64,000 bases of DNA from Bacteroidia bacterium (GCA_965655465.1 CBFHGY010000003.1:12354-76353), one strand, 5' to 3'; shown: positions 10,553-20,796, numbered from the stretch's first letter. The notes: a model not told the origin generated them from the sequence alone. Numbers and translations are program-made.

Positions 10553-10591
10553 GAAGCAAAATTAAGTCAAATCTGCAGTAGGACCTTCTTT

Positions 10592-11176
10592 TTATACTGC
10601 CCATTTTTGATAATAGCGCCAAACTCCATAACCAATCAACATTCCCAATATTCCCCCAAAAAAGACATCTCCAACATAATGCCTACCCAAATAAACTCGG
10701 GAATACGCAATCCAAAAGGCCACAAAAAAAGCTATAAATACCGAAATGCGTTGGGCTGAATTTTGCGAAAATCGCAATTCTTTTTTGTAAAAAATCATCG
10801 CCACCAATAAGGGGTATACTGCAAAGGCATTTGCAGCATGCGAACTCACAAAGCCATATTTACCTCCAGGCATACCATCGGGAGTGCGCGGATTCAGATG
10901 AACTTCGAAGGCAGGCCGTACCCTTTTGAAGTTTGGCTTAAAAACCTTAGAACTGATGCTATCAGCGAGTCCGAAAGCTAGTATCGCCAATAGAACAGGG
11001 ATGAAAAATTTGCGCTTATACCGTTGAATCAGCTTATAAATAGCCCATAAATAAAACGGCACAAAGGTCTTGGAGCTGCTCAAAATAATCATTACCGAAT
11101 CTAAACTTTCGTGCGCCCATTTTTGATTAATCCATACAAAGAGCCGATCGTCGAATTCTAATAATTGTGCTAACAT
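10592..11176 (-). CDS. PAP2 family phosphatase (membrane)
   Basis: The three PAP2 motifs are present (KRVRPAF, SSHAANAF, SRVYLGRHYVGDV). It has multiple TM helices. Confidence 0.75.
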   Translation of the reverse strand: MLAQLLEFDDRLFVWINQKWAHESLDSVMIILSSSKTFVPFYLWAIYKLIQRYKRKFFIPVLLAILAFGLADSISSKVFKPNFKRVRPAFEVHLNPRTPDGMPGGKYGFVSSHAANAFAVYPLLVAMIFYKKELRFSQNSAQRISVFIAFFVAFWIAYSRVYLGRHYVGDVFFGGILGMLIGYGVWRYYQKWAV

Positions 11177-11916
11177 TACTTTTCTGATACCAAAATGATT
11201 CTTGGTGAGGTTTCCGCCTCGTAAGGATCGAGCTCGTAGGCCCCAAATTCAGCAACTACTTTCAAACCAGCTTCTTTGTGGATGTCTTTCAGCTCTTCAA
11301 TAGAATATATTTTCACCCTTTCTTGAAACTTTTTGATTTCTCCGGCATCATTAACTTCAATATCCTTAATGATATAACCGTTATTCACGTATTTGTTCCA
11401 AGAAAAACGCAGTGCGCCCACTTCCTTTTCGCCTTTCTCGGGAAGGGTGTGCAAAACCGCGGCTGCATTGATATAATCCTGAACAAACTGGCCACCTGCC
11501 ACCAAAGCTTTAGCAACATTTTTCAGACTTTTCACATCTTCTTCTCTCGAATTGAAGTAACCAAAGCTTGTAAAAATGTTAAAGATGGCATCAAATTTTC
11601 CAAATTTGGTAAGCGATTTACGCATATCGTGGATGTCAAAAACCATTTCTTCAGACTCATAAATCTTGGCCTCTTCGATGCTATTTTTAGAAAGGTCAAT
11701 ACCCACCACTTCTAAACCATGTTTTTGCAATTCTCTGCTGTGTCGGCCCTTTCCACATGCCAAATCTAATATGCGTTCACCGGCTCGAAGTTCTAAATAC
11801 ATTACCATGGTGGCAATAAAAACGCGGGCCTCTTCCTCGTCTCTATGTTGGTATAATTCGTGGTAATAACTCGTATCAAACCAAGTTTCAAACCAATTAT
11901 CTGTTATTGTTGCCAT
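11176..11916 (-). CDS. Class I SAM-dependent methyltransferase
   Basis: SAM-binding motif I (ILDLACGKGRHSRELQKHGLEVVGIDLS). It overlaps the downstream PAP2 gene by 1 nt. Confidence 0.7.
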   Translation of the reverse strand: MATITDNWFETWFDTSYYHELYQHRDEEEARVFIATMVMYLELRAGERILDLACGKGRHSRELQKHGLEVVGIDLSKNSIEEAKIYESEEMVFDIHDMRKSLTKFGKFDAIFNIFTSFGYFNSREEDVKSLKNVAKALVAGGQFVQDYINAAAVLHTLPEKGEKEVGALRFSWNKYVNNGYIIKDIEVNDAGEIKKFQERVKIYSIEELKDIHKEAGLKVVAEFGAYELDPYEAETSPRIILVSEK

Positions 11917-11972
11917 ATTTTTCGTTTTAGAGTGTAACTTTTACCGTAAATAGCCGTTTTACGGATAAGAAC

Positions 11973-12461
11973 ATGAACCAACGGGAGTATCAGCAAATAG
12001 TAAATGAACATGCCGATGCCCTATATCGATTCTCCCTCAAAAATATAAAAGTAATTGAAGAGGCGAAAGAAATTGTTCAAAACAGTTTCGAAAAACTATG
12101 GATTCATCGCGAAAATATCGACATGCAAAAAGCCAAAAGCTATTTGTTTACTCTCGCATATCGCAACTGCATCGATATAATTAGAAAGCAAAAAAAAGAG
12201 AGCGAATTCGACATGATAAAATCCGAACCTCAACAGTACTTCAACACCCATTTAATCGGACTCAAAACCATGCTAGACAATGCTTTATCGCAACTCAATG
12301 AAATACAAAGAAGCGCTATTTTATTGCGCGATTACGAAGGATATTCCTACTCCGAAATCGGAGAAATTTTAGAAATAAACGAATCACAGGTGAAAATTCA
12401 AATTTTCAGAGGACGTAAAAAACTTCAAAACATCATTGGCAACGTGGAGGACATTCTATGA
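11973..12461 (+). CDS. RNA polymerase sigma-70 factor, ECF subfamily
   Basis: Region 2 (EIVQNSFEKLWIHRENID) and region 4 helix-turn-helix (YEGYSYSEIGEILEINESQVKIQIFRGRKKL). 162 aa. Confidence 0.75.
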   Translation: MNQREYQQIVNEHADALYRFSLKNIKVIEEAKEIVQNSFEKLWIHRENIDMQKAKSYLFTLAYRNCIDIIRKQKKESEFDMIKSEPQQYFNTHLIGLKTMLDNALSQLNEIQRSAILLRDYEGYSYSEIGEILEINESQVKIQIFRGRKKLQNIIGNVEDIL

Positions 12462-13366
12462 AACACTTACACAAAGACATCGACTGGTCGATTTTTGAAT
12501 TTCTCGAGGGAAATCTTTCCTCTGAGGAAGCCCAATATGTTCAACAACAGATCGACTCGAACGAGGAATGGCAAAAGACACATACCCGTTGGAAGTCTAG
12601 TTATTTAGAGCCTGAATCCATCCCCTATCCCCATAAATCGGAGCTATCACATCCCAAACCACAATTTAAACTGATTAGAAATATTCAATGGTATGTTGCT
12701 GCAGCCACCGTTTTCATGGTATGTGTATGGTTTTTGGGCAGGCCTACTTCTACAAAAACGCCTACAGGGGTCACAGTCAATACGGCTCCAGTTTTGTCTG
12801 AACCGGAAGAAAATGACATCGGAACTGCAATGCCAAACCCAATTGTGACCGACACACTTTCGCCACGATCGGTATTGGCGACTTCCAAGAATCGATTGAA
12901 CATACTTAAAACTGCAAAAAAATCAGAGATCCACAATCAAACATACCCCATTATATTGACCCAAAATCCAAGCGCAACTGTAACACAGCCCGACACACAA
13001 ACTCTCGGCACTTCTATGAGGCCGATTTTCCCAAAAATAACCAATTCGGCACAGGAAATGGATCCAAGTCAGACATTATTGGCCTCTTTTTTTCCTGAGG
13101 AAATTCGCGCAGAAGCCCGCCTCACTTGGATAGCAATTCAATCCAAAAGTGAAACCGAAGCCTCCACTAATATAGAACCTACGCGCATCAGTACTGCCAA
13201 GGTGTACATTGATACCGGCTATTTCAGGGTAACAGAATCGACCGCTCCAAAGTGGCAACAAATATGGCGCCGAACCAAAAAAGGCGAATTACCGTTGGTA
13301 AAATTGGCTTTAGAGACCCAACCAAACAGCTGGATCCCCAGCATGAATATTAACCTTAAATATTAA
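12458..13366 (+). CDS. Putative anti-sigma factor / membrane protein cognate to the ECF sigma factor
   Basis: It overlaps the sigma gene by 4 nt (ATGA). There is a single TM helix (IQWYVAAATVFMVCVWFLG) after a cytoplasmic N-domain (about 80 aa), which is the typical anti-sigma architecture. Confidence 0.5.
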   Translation: MKHLHKDIDWSIFEFLEGNLSSEEAQYVQQQIDSNEEWQKTHTRWKSSYLEPESIPYPHKSELSHPKPQFKLIRNIQWYVAAATVFMVCVWFLGRPTSTKTPTGVTVNTAPVLSEPEENDIGTAMPNPIVTDTLSPRSVLATSKNRLNILKTAKKSEIHNQTYPIILTQNPSATVTQPDTQTLGTSMRPIFPKITNSAQEMDPSQTLLASFFPEEIRAEARLTWIAIQSKSETEASTNIEPTRISTAKVYIDTGYFRVTESTAPKWQQIWRRTKKGELPLVKLALETQPNSWIPSMNINLKY

Positions 13367-13385
13367 AAAATAGAATTAAACAGAT

Positions 13386-14639
13386 ATGATTACTAATTGG
13401 ATAACCCTCTCGATTTCATTGCTAAGTGTAAGCTTTTTTCAACCATTAGCGGCACAGGAGAAAATCACACAAGTTGAAATCGTAACCGACACCACTGAAA
13501 CCACGCGAAAACTGCTTTCGCAGATGGACAATCAAACCTTTTATAAATGGGTGCGTTCGGTAGGATTAAATGCTGAACAGAAACAATTCGATTTTATACC
13601 CCCCCCAATTCCACAATTTAAGGATAGTTTCGATTTGAAATTAAACATCATTGATTTCAATGACACTATTAATATATACCTTCAGCTGCTTCGAAAGTCT
13701 ATCTCCGATGACTCCAAGGTATTGGCCAAGATTACATTCTCTTCCCCCATAAATCAAGATAAAAGTGCGCGCGACTCTCAAATATTATCTAGCTATAACA
13801 AGCAAGAATACACCGATTCGTTGTGGTGGGAATTTGACAAAGCTAGGAAACAAAACAAAATTGTTCAATCCCCCCACAATGATGGTATTGACTTCAATCT
13901 AAAAGACCCAGGATATGACGATACATCGGTGCGCAGTATGCCAAAGGAGATTCAATTCCAAGTTGAAAAACCGGTACATCACGGTACCGCTTCTACCTTT
14001 AATTTCAACTTAGGTCTTTTGCAAATGCAAAACTTCGCAGGTCCTACTACCCCGGTTTTGCGTTACGACGAAATGCCCGATTTGAACAATGCTAAAACGC
14101 TGAATATTGGCTTCGATGCCATGTGGGGCTTGAACCTATTTCGAGGTAATGTGCGCTTTTGGTATGGCTTATCTTATAATTTTTATAATTATCGTTTTCA
14201 AAACAATGCAATCCGAATCGACCCTAATCAAGATCAATTCAAATACCGATTTGCCGATCCCAACGATCCCAACGAAGTCAATCCCGAAAAATCCAAGTTG
14301 GTTTCTGAGTATATTGGAATTCCCTTAGCCATTAGCTTTGAAAACTCGAAATGGGAAGCCTCTAAATTGAGATTGATGATTGGCGTAGAAGGCGGTTATT
14401 TAATGAATGCCTACACCAAAGTGAAGTACTATGACGATCGGGTAACTAAGAATTATGATGATTTTTATTTGAATGAAATATCCGTGCATCCCTTTTTCAG
14501 ATTTCAATGGGATAATTGGGCACTTTATGGAAAATATTCCATCTCTGGATTGTTGCGCAACTCCAATGCCATTAGTATAGATCCTATTGCTGCTGGACAA
14601 AAAAATATGGTAATGGGAATGTCATTTGTAATCGAATAA
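13386..14639 (+). CDS. Hypothetical secreted protein (417 aa)
   Basis: Signal peptide (LSISLLSVSFFQPLAAQE). No recognisable motif. It is co-directional with the ECF sigma/anti-sigma pair. Confidence 0.45.
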   Translation: MITNWITLSISLLSVSFFQPLAAQEKITQVEIVTDTTETTRKLLSQMDNQTFYKWVRSVGLNAEQKQFDFIPPPIPQFKDSFDLKLNIIDFNDTINIYLQLLRKSISDDSKVLAKITFSSPINQDKSARDSQILSSYNKQEYTDSLWWEFDKARKQNKIVQSPHNDGIDFNLKDPGYDDTSVRSMPKEIQFQVEKPVHHGTASTFNFNLGLLQMQNFAGPTTPVLRYDEMPDLNNAKTLNIGFDAMWGLNLFRGNVRFWYGLSYNFYNYRFQNNAIRIDPNQDQFKYRFADPNDPNEVNPEKSKLVSEYIGIPLAISFENSKWEASKLRLMIGVEGGYLMNAYTKVKYYDDRVTKNYDDFYLNEISVHPFFRFQWDNWALYGKYSISGLLRNSNAISIDPIAAGQKNMVMGMSFVIE

Positions 14640-14675
14640 CCGCAAAAAGAACTTAGATTTGTTTAACTAATATTT

Positions 14676-15554
14676 ATGAAACATACTTATATCAAACCCC
14701 TTTTTATCATGGCGCTTTTAGGATTGTCTGCCACCGTTTATGCTCAAACCGATACAGACACCACTACCGCCGAAGACGATGTGGAAATGCCATACCCTAG
14801 TGTGGAGGTGATTGAAGAAGCCGCTGAAGAAGAAGGCGTATATGAGGTTATGCCTGATTATGAAGCCGTTCCTGAATATGCTTACGAGGCTCCCAAAGCA
14901 AAAAAGTGGGATTTTCAAACCCGTTTTGCATTCGGTTTTGTAAGTTTAAATAACGCAATTGCACCTGTATCGCCGGGTAATAATAACATTGGCCGCTACC
15001 TTCCAAAGGCTAAATTTATCAGTTCGAACATTTCAAGTTTTGAAATTGCCTTTGGACGCAATATCAGTGATGGTTTATGGCGCTTCTGGTTCGGTGTAGG
15101 CATTGAAGACGAATATTTCAACTTCGACGATGCAAATGTGAGAATTAGCGCTCGAAGCGATTCATTTTCCCATTATTCGGTAAACAACCTTTCAACTCCT
15201 ATGGTAGGCAATAATGAAACGTCAAAATCTTCTTCTCTTTCCTTTGCTACCGTAACTGTACCATTGGCAATTGGATATCAAAATAAGGCTCGCAGACCCT
15301 TATATAAAATCCAAGCTGGTGCTTATGTGGGATATCGCTTTCAAACCCAGAGTGATGTAGAATATGAAGACAAAACCACGGTTTCAATTAGAGGGGACTT
15401 TCATGCAAATCCAATTATTATAGACCCTTATATCAGTGTTCTATATAAGAAAATAGGATTCTTCGCACGAACCAGCCTAATGCCATTATTGAATAATGTA
15501 GGCGCAGGTAATGAACAAACGCGCAATGCTTTTGGAATTACTTTCGGTATCTAA
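14676..15554 (+). CDS. Outer-membrane beta-barrel protein (porin-like), hypothetical
   Basis: Signal peptide (ALLGLSATVYAQ). It has an acidic low-complexity linker. The C-terminus shows alternating hydrophobic beta-strand character (NAFGITFGI). Confidence 0.5.
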   Translation: MKHTYIKPLFIMALLGLSATVYAQTDTDTTTAEDDVEMPYPSVEVIEEAAEEEGVYEVMPDYEAVPEYAYEAPKAKKWDFQTRFAFGFVSLNNAIAPVSPGNNNIGRYLPKAKFISSNISSFEIAFGRNISDGLWRFWFGVGIEDEYFNFDDANVRISARSDSFSHYSVNNLSTPMVGNNETSKSSSLSFATVTVPLAIGYQNKARRPLYKIQAGAYVGYRFQTQSDVEYEDKTTVSIRGDFHANPIIIDPYISVLYKKIGFFARTSLMPLLNNVGAGNEQTRNAFGITFGI

Positions 15555-15612
15555 TTTTCAATAGATAAGCTTATACACAGCGTTGGCTCATAATACCTAA
15601 ATTTGCACTATT

Positions 15613-16434
15613 ATGAGTCAACGTAATTGGACAGCCATTAAATCTTATAGCGATATTCTTTTCGAATTTTTCGAAGGTATTGCAAAAATCACCATCAACA
15701 GACCCGAAGTTTACAATGCATTTAGGCCACAAACGGTGACCGACATGTTGGATGCCTTCGATATTTGTCGCGAGAATCCTGACATATCGGTTGTAGTTTT
15801 AACCGGTGTCGGCGACAAAGCATTTTGCTCAGGGGGAGATCAAAATGTAAAAGGTGTTGGTGGATATGTTGATGATTCAGGGGTTCCTCGCTTGAATGTA
15901 CTTGATTTACACAAAAAAATTCGTTCTCTGCCAAAGCCTGTTATAGCCATGGTAAATGGATATGCAATTGGTGGCGGACATGTATTACATGTAGTATGTG
16001 ATTTAACTATTGCCGCAGAAGGCGCTAAATTCGGACAAACCGGTCCTAAGGTGGGAAGTTTCGACGGTGGTTTTGGTAGCAGTTATTTAGCACGGCACGT
16101 AGGCCAAAAGAAAGCACGTGAAATATGGTTTTTATGTAGGCAGTATACCGCAGAAGAATGCGAACGCATGGGCCTAGTAAACAAAGTAGTTCCTTTGGCA
16201 GAATTGGAAAATGAAACCGTAGATTGGTGCATGACCATCATGGAACGCAGCCCAATGGCCCTTAGAATGCTTAAGCGTTCTTTTAATGCAGAACTAGACG
16301 GACAGCATGGCCTCATGGAATTAGCTGGCGATGCTACCCTTTTATACTATTTAACCGAAGAGGCACAAGAGGGAAAACATGCCTTTTTAGAGAAACGTAA
16401 ACCTGATTTTCAAAAGTTTCCAAAATTCCCTTAA
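15613..16434 (+). CDS. menB: 1,4-dihydroxy-2-naphthoyl-CoA synthase
   Basis: The N-terminus reads MSQRNWT...[28 protein letters not shown]. The crotonase-type motifs are present ([26 protein letters not shown]) and the C-terminal region is conserved. 273 aa. Confidence 0.9.
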   Translation: MSQRNWTAIKSYSDILFEFFEGIAKITINRPEVYNAFRPQTVTDMLDAFDICRENPDISVVVLTGVGDKAFCSGGDQNVKGVGGYVDDSGVPRLNVLDLHKKIRSLPKPVIAMVNGYAIGGGHVLHVVCDLTIAAEGAKFGQTGPKVGSFDGGFGSSYLARHVGQKKAREIWFLCRQYTAEECERMGLVNKVVPLAELENETVDWCMTIMERSPMALRMLKRSFNAELDGQHGLMELAGDATLLYYLTEEAQEGKHAFLEKRKPDFQKFPKFP

Positions 16435-16439
16435 TGTGT

Positions 16440-16570
16440 GTAGAGGCTAGAGGCTAGAGTTTAGAGTTTAGAGTTTAGGGATTAGAGGGTAAGAGATTAG
16501 AGTATAAAGTGTATGGTCTAGAGTGTAATGTATATGGTGTAATGTGTATATTCTTTACACATTACACATT
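16440..16570. repeat. Degenerate tandem 7-mer repeat (TAGAGNN, about 9 units) followed by a 12-bp perfect inverted repeat (gtgtaatgtgta/tacacattacac, 16537-16548 and 16556-16567). It lies between convergent genes.
   Basis: Read directly from the sequence: tagaggc tagaggc tagagtt tagagtt tagagtt tagggat tagaggg..., followed by the hairpin ggtgtaatgtgtata ttctt tacacattacac. Confidence 0.7.
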
Positions 16571-16589
16571 AGCCATTACACTTTACTAA

Positions 16590-17342
16590 TTAAAACAAGT
16601 ACGACAATCCCAGGCCACCGTGAAATAATCGTCCCCACGCGAGAGGTTCTAAAATCATTGAATGCACGATGGCTTCATGATCTGTGTAATCCGTTCCTTC
16701 ACCATAAATCGATACGTCTGCATTTCCAGTATTATACACATTAAAGCCTAATCCCATATGATAATCCCAACAAAGTTTATCGAATAATACCCTTCGATGA
16801 CCCCATTGAATTGCAAAACTCACCGTGCTAAATCCTTTGCTGATTGCAGGCATATCTATTGCCTGACTCGACCAAATAATTTTATCGTCAATCCCCACAT
16901 TGGCCAAGGCCAGTTCTATTCCGAAAAAAGAACCAAAAGGAGCTAATGCTCCAGATTCTGTATTGTACCACCGCGGAGCGAAGAAAAACTCTGTTAGACT
17001 GTAACCTAAAGTTCCAGACCTTGGAGATGTATACTCACTGCTACCCCAATCATTATACTTTACCACACTGTAATAGGATAAATCGTGTTTGTCAACATCA
17101 AAAGTTCCCGAACCTTGACGTATTCCACCTCTCAAGCTAAAGTTCCGTTTAGTGGCTTTTTCATACGAAATTGACATGTGATTTTTGATATAAGGGCCAT
17201 GAGCCATTAAACCTGAAATGTACATATTACTCGAAATTTCGACCACTTGAGTACTCCCCAAATAGCCAGGATTGCTTTGCGATTGGGCAAAAGATATATA
17301 AAACCAGCTCAATAAAAAGCCGACAATTTTTAAGAATTTCAT
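16590..17342 (-). CDS. Outer-membrane beta-barrel protein, hypothetical
   Basis: Signal peptide (MKFLKIVGFLLSWFYISFAQS). The C-terminal residue is Phe (GLGLSYLF). The sequence has an alternating amphipathic pattern. Confidence 0.5.
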   Translation of the reverse strand: MKFLKIVGFLLSWFYISFAQSQSNPGYLGSTQVVEISSNMYISGLMAHGPYIKNHMSISYEKATKRNFSLRGGIRQGSGTFDVDKHDLSYYSVVKYNDWGSSEYTSPRSGTLGYSLTEFFFAPRWYNTESGALAPFGSFFGIELALANVGIDDKIIWSSQAIDMPAISKGFSTVSFAIQWGHRRVLFDKLCWDYHMGLGFNVYNTGNADVSIYGEGTDYTDHEAIVHSMILEPLAWGRLFHGGLGLSYLF

Positions 17343-19640
17343 TTATTTAAGTGTTTTGGCGTGTTTGATTTCGTAAAGGGTTTCGTAAATATGTGCTTTA
17401 ATATAGTCGTTTTGCAATTTTACATTGCGATTGCGTTCATGGGTAAGTACCATTTTACTCGTTTCGGTATTAAACACCACCGTAAATTGCTTGGTAAATC
17501 CATCTGTTTGAAGTTGAAAATACAAATACACCGGCAAATAGGGTAAGAACATAATAGAAGTCATTAATCCATTAATATCCAAGGGCCTTTTATACAATAC
17601 ATATTCATAACCGGTCCATGCTACCAAAGGCGTTTTATACCCATTCATTACATCAGTTACATATTGAGAATAAAAGAGAATCATTTGATTTGTGTCGTTG
17701 TTTAGACGCTCCATCATCCAATCATTTACCTGTGTAAAGCGGTTTAAGTCTTCGGTTTTCAATCCTGCTTTTGCCTTGTTTTCAAGCACGTACAAGTTAT
17801 CTTTTGAAGCTTGAGCCACTTCTTTCCAAATTTTGGTAAAGAGCAATTTAGATTTTTCTTCCCCAAAATAATTGCGTTCGTTTTCACTGAAATTCTTCCC
17901 ACTGTATTGGGTTAGTTTGGGCTGCATAAGTACCAATCCTGTATAATCCGGATTTTCATGCTGATATCGCATTTTCTCAGCTTCTTTATTTTTCTGTGCT
18001 TTTTCTCGAGAATCGCGAGTATTTGCAATTTCGTTAAAATCTACAATACCTCTATTCAGTTCTTTTTTTAAATTTTCCCCTTGTGGCAATTGGTATAATG
18101 ACGCGAAGAAATAGGGTTCATCTTGGGCAATAGCAACGGCTGTTTCTGTTCTCCGCGTGGGTCTCGAAAGCAATCCGCTTCCTGGGTTCTCTCCGATCGC
18201 ATCTTCTACCTTAAGGGTTTTAACTGCCGCAGAATCCGTTGATTTTACCGTATAATTTAGGAATGTTCTTAAATCGATTAATGCCTTTTTTTGCGACAAG
18301 GTTAAACACTCATTCCACAATTTACTGATAAACGGATCTTCCGGATATTTCACTTTTTCCAACCATAGAATGCGCAAGGAAAAAGCAGACAACTCTTTAG
18401 AAGACAGTGCTTTTAATCCTGCAGAAATCGGCCTCCACATACCTCGATTGCTTTGAATTTCGCACCCGTATTTGTCTAAATCATGACCCGATAATTTGTG
18501 CGATAAAATACCATAAATCGACATGGACTTAATCCTGGAAACAAAAGGGGTTGGTCCGTATAACAATTCAAAAATGCGCGAAAGGTAGAATGTGCGTCCA
18601 AAATCTGCACGCCGCATGAATAAAAGAAGCAATTCATGTCGGGCAATTTTTTGCATTTTGTCGAAGGAATCCTTGCCTATTACATAAATTTGCTTCCCAG
18701 CCATATTCATTGAGGCAACCCGATCTTTCAAAGCCAAAATTCGCATATCCAAATGCGGATGCGTACGATTGGGATCTATGAGTTCCTTTTCGTCCGATTT
18801 TTTATTTTCTGCATCGCTTTTAGCAATTTCGTTCTGAATGCGTTCCTTTAACTCTGTAGGAAATTTATAGTACTCAGATTCAAAAGAATCTAAGGATAGC
18901 GGGGTTTCTAAAAAAGGATACGAACTGTATTTGAGAACTTCAAAACCATAAATACCCTCCGCAACGTTGTACGGGGTTTTTTCAATCATCTCGTAACCCA
19001 AATCATCGGCTTCTAATTCTTGGTCCTTCGAAAATCGATATAAATCTTGTAGTTTTTGTTCGAGTTGTTCGCCATTCAATTCCTTTTTGGCCTGAGACAC
19101 ATCTTTAAAAGATTGAAAAGAGTGTTTTTTTACGTAATGTTGGATTTCATGAGCCAGTACCACGGCCAATTGAGCCTCATTCTCGATGCGTGCCAATAAT
19201 CCGATGCTTACAAACACCAAGCCGCCAGACGTGGTATATGCATTGGGTACATGCGAACGCAACACGTAAAATTGCAATTTATCTGCAAGATCGGGATAGG
19301 ATTCTAAGACTTTCAACCCCACTTTTTCGACGTAATTTGACATCCCTTCCCCGTACAGAATTTGCCCGCCTGTTAATAGTTCTTCCTCTACAAAACCCAC
19401 CCGAATTGAATGTTCTTGTTCTTGACGCTTGCTTTTTCTGTCAGCTCGACTGCTTTTGATATCCTTGATTTTACTTTGAACCAAACTCGTGGTACTATTT
19501 TTCAAGGTAGTAGGAATTCCACCTCCAGATTGAGCTGGCTTATACTGGGCAAAATCGATGCTTTGACCGGTTAAAGGGAGCATTATTGCGGCAATTGCTG
19601 CGCAGAATACATGCTTAAAAAATGCGGAATGCATCCGCAA
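17343..19640 (-). CDS. Large M48-family-like zinc metallopeptidase domain protein (765 aa)
   Basis: HExxH motif (VVLAHEIQHYVKKH). A downstream ELEADDLG provides the ExxAD third-ligand motif typical of M48. There is an N-terminal signal/TM. Confidence 0.55.
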   Translation of the reverse strand: MRMHSAFFKHVFCAAIAAIMLPLTGQSIDFAQYKPAQSGGGIPTTLKNSTTSLVQSKIKDIKSSRADRKSKRQEQEHSIRVGFVEEELLTGGQILYGEGMSNYVEKVGLKVLESYPDLADKLQFYVLRSHVPNAYTTSGGLVFVSIGLLARIENEAQLAVVLAHEIQHYVKKHSFQSFKDVSQAKKELNGEQLEQKLQDLYRFSKDQELEADDLGYEMIEKTPYNVAEGIYGFEVLKYSSYPFLETPLSLDSFESEYYKFPTELKERIQNEIAKSDAENKKSDEKELIDPNRTHPHLDMRILALKDRVASMNMAGKQIYVIGKDSFDKMQKIARHELLLLFMRRADFGRTFYLSRIFELLYGPTPFVSRIKSMSIYGILSHKLSGHDLDKYGCEIQSNRGMWRPISAGLKALSSKELSAFSLRILWLEKVKYPEDPFISKLWNECLTLSQKKALIDLRTFLNYTVKSTDSAAVKTLKVEDAIGENPGSGLLSRPTRRTETAVAIAQDEPYFFASLYQLPQGENLKKELNRGIVDFNEIANTRDSREKAQKNKEAEKMRYQHENPDYTGLVLMQPKLTQYSGKNFSENERNYFGEEKSKLLFTKIWKEVAQASKDNLYVLENKAKAGLKTEDLNRFTQVNDWMMERLNNDTNQMILFYSQYVTDVMNGYKTPLVAWTGYEYVLYKRPLDINGLMTSIMFLPYLPVYLYFQLQTDGFTKQFTVVFNTETSKMVLTHERNRNVKLQNDYIKAHIYETLYEIKHAKTLK

Positions 19641-19674
19641 TTATACTCAAAATTATGTAGGGAAGAGAAGGACT

Positions 19675-20793
19675 TTAAAAAAAGTCCTTCATTCGATCAA
19701 AAAAGGATTTATTATCCTCCCCGGGTTTAAAGTTTTTACTTTCCTGTAATTTCATCAACAGCTCTTTTTCTTCACTGCTAATTTTTTGTGGAACATATAC
19801 ATTGATCACAACGAGTTGATCGCCCGTGCCATATCCATTTAAATCGGGAAATCCTTTGCCTTTTAAACGCAATACTTTTCCTGCTTGAGTACCTGAATCA
19901 ACTTTGATTTTAGCTTTACCATCTAGGGTTGGAACTTCCACGCTTGCACCCATTGCGGCTTCGGGAAAACTCAACCATAAATTGTAAATCACATTATTAT
20001 TATCGCGTTTCAATTCCTCATGAGCAACTTCCTCTATGAGTACAATTAAATCACCCGATGCACCTCCTGCAGGACCTTCATTTCCTTTTCCTTGCACACT
20101 CAACTGCATGCCATCGGCAACGCCTCCTGGGATTTTGATAGATGTTTCAAATTCCTGTGCAATTAAACCCTGTTCATTAGCTTCCTTCGGTTTGCTTTCG
20201 ATTACTTTCCCCATTCCCTGACATACGGGACACGCACTTTGGGTGGCCATTTGTCCTAAAAAGGTATTGGTAACTTGTTTTACAACACCGCTTCCCCCAC
20301 AATGTCTGCAATTGCCAAATTTCACATCTTGGGCTGCAACCATTCTGCGATACTTAACTTTCTTCTCAACTCCATTGCGCATATCGGCAAGAGTTAGCTT
20401 CAGCTTTATGCGAATATTTGACCCAACGGTTCTTCGGTTTCCACGGCCTCGGCCTCCACCGCCACCGAAGAATGATCCGAAGATATTATCGTCGCCAAAA
20501 ACATCTCCAAACTGAGAGAAAATATCATCCATACTAAAGCCGCCACCGCCGCCAAATCCAGATCCTCCGCCCATACCAGCATGACCAAATTGGTCGTATC
20601 GGCTCTTTTTCTCGGGATTGGACAATACGTCGTAGGCTTCTGCCGCTTCCTTGAATTTTTCTTCGGCATCTTTGTCATCCGGATTTTTATCTGGATGAAA
20701 TTTGATTGCCAATTTGCGGTAGGCTTTTTTTAATTCGTCTGCACTGGCATTTTTGGAAACACCCAGCACGTCATAATAATCTCTTTTGCTCAT
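19675..20793 (-). CDS. dnaJ: Molecular chaperone DnaJ
   Basis: J-domain with HPD ([14 protein letters not shown]). It has a G/F-rich region. It has four CxxCxGxG zinc-finger repeats ([16 protein letters not shown] and others). Confidence 0.92.
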   Translation of the reverse strand: MSKRDYYDVLGVSKNASADELKKAYRKLAIKFHPDKNPDDKDAEEKFKEAAEAYDVLSNPEKKSRYDQFGHAGMGGGSGFGGGGGFSMDDIFSQFGDVFGDDNIFGSFFGGGGGRGRGNRRTVGSNIRIKLKLTLADMRNGVEKKVKYRRMVAAQDVKFGNCRHCGGSGVVKQVTNTFLGQMATQSACPVCQGMGKVIESKPKEANEQGLIAQEFETSIKIPGGVADGMQLSVQGKGNEGPAGGASGDLIVLIEEVAHEELKRDNNNVIYNLWLSFPEAAMGASVEVPTLDGKAKIKVDSGTQAGKVLRLKGKGFPDLNGYGTGDQLVVINVYVPQKISSEEKELLMKLQESKNFKPGEDNKSFFDRMKDFF

Positions 20794-20796
20794 TTT

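Noticed and set aside
11278-11866. 145-aa and 66-aa ORFs antisense to the methyltransferase gene.
   Set aside because: They are fully embedded antisense to a gene with clear SAM-binding motifs.
16440-16570. Possible CRISPR array suggested by the repetitive TAGAG units.
   Set aside because: The units are only 7 nt, directly tandem without spacers, and degenerate. No cas genes are nearby. It is a microsatellite-like repeat, not CRISPR.
16544-16744. 66-aa plus-strand ORF.
   Set aside because: It lies across the palindrome/repeat and the 3' end of the minus-strand outer-membrane gene. It is a low-complexity translation and I judge it a spurious ORF.
20036-20678. Three 61-90-aa ORFs within dnaJ (both strands), including a Pro-rich one.
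   Set aside because: They overlap the conserved dnaJ coding sequence. The Pro-rich translation arises from the antisense reading of the DnaJ Gly-rich region.
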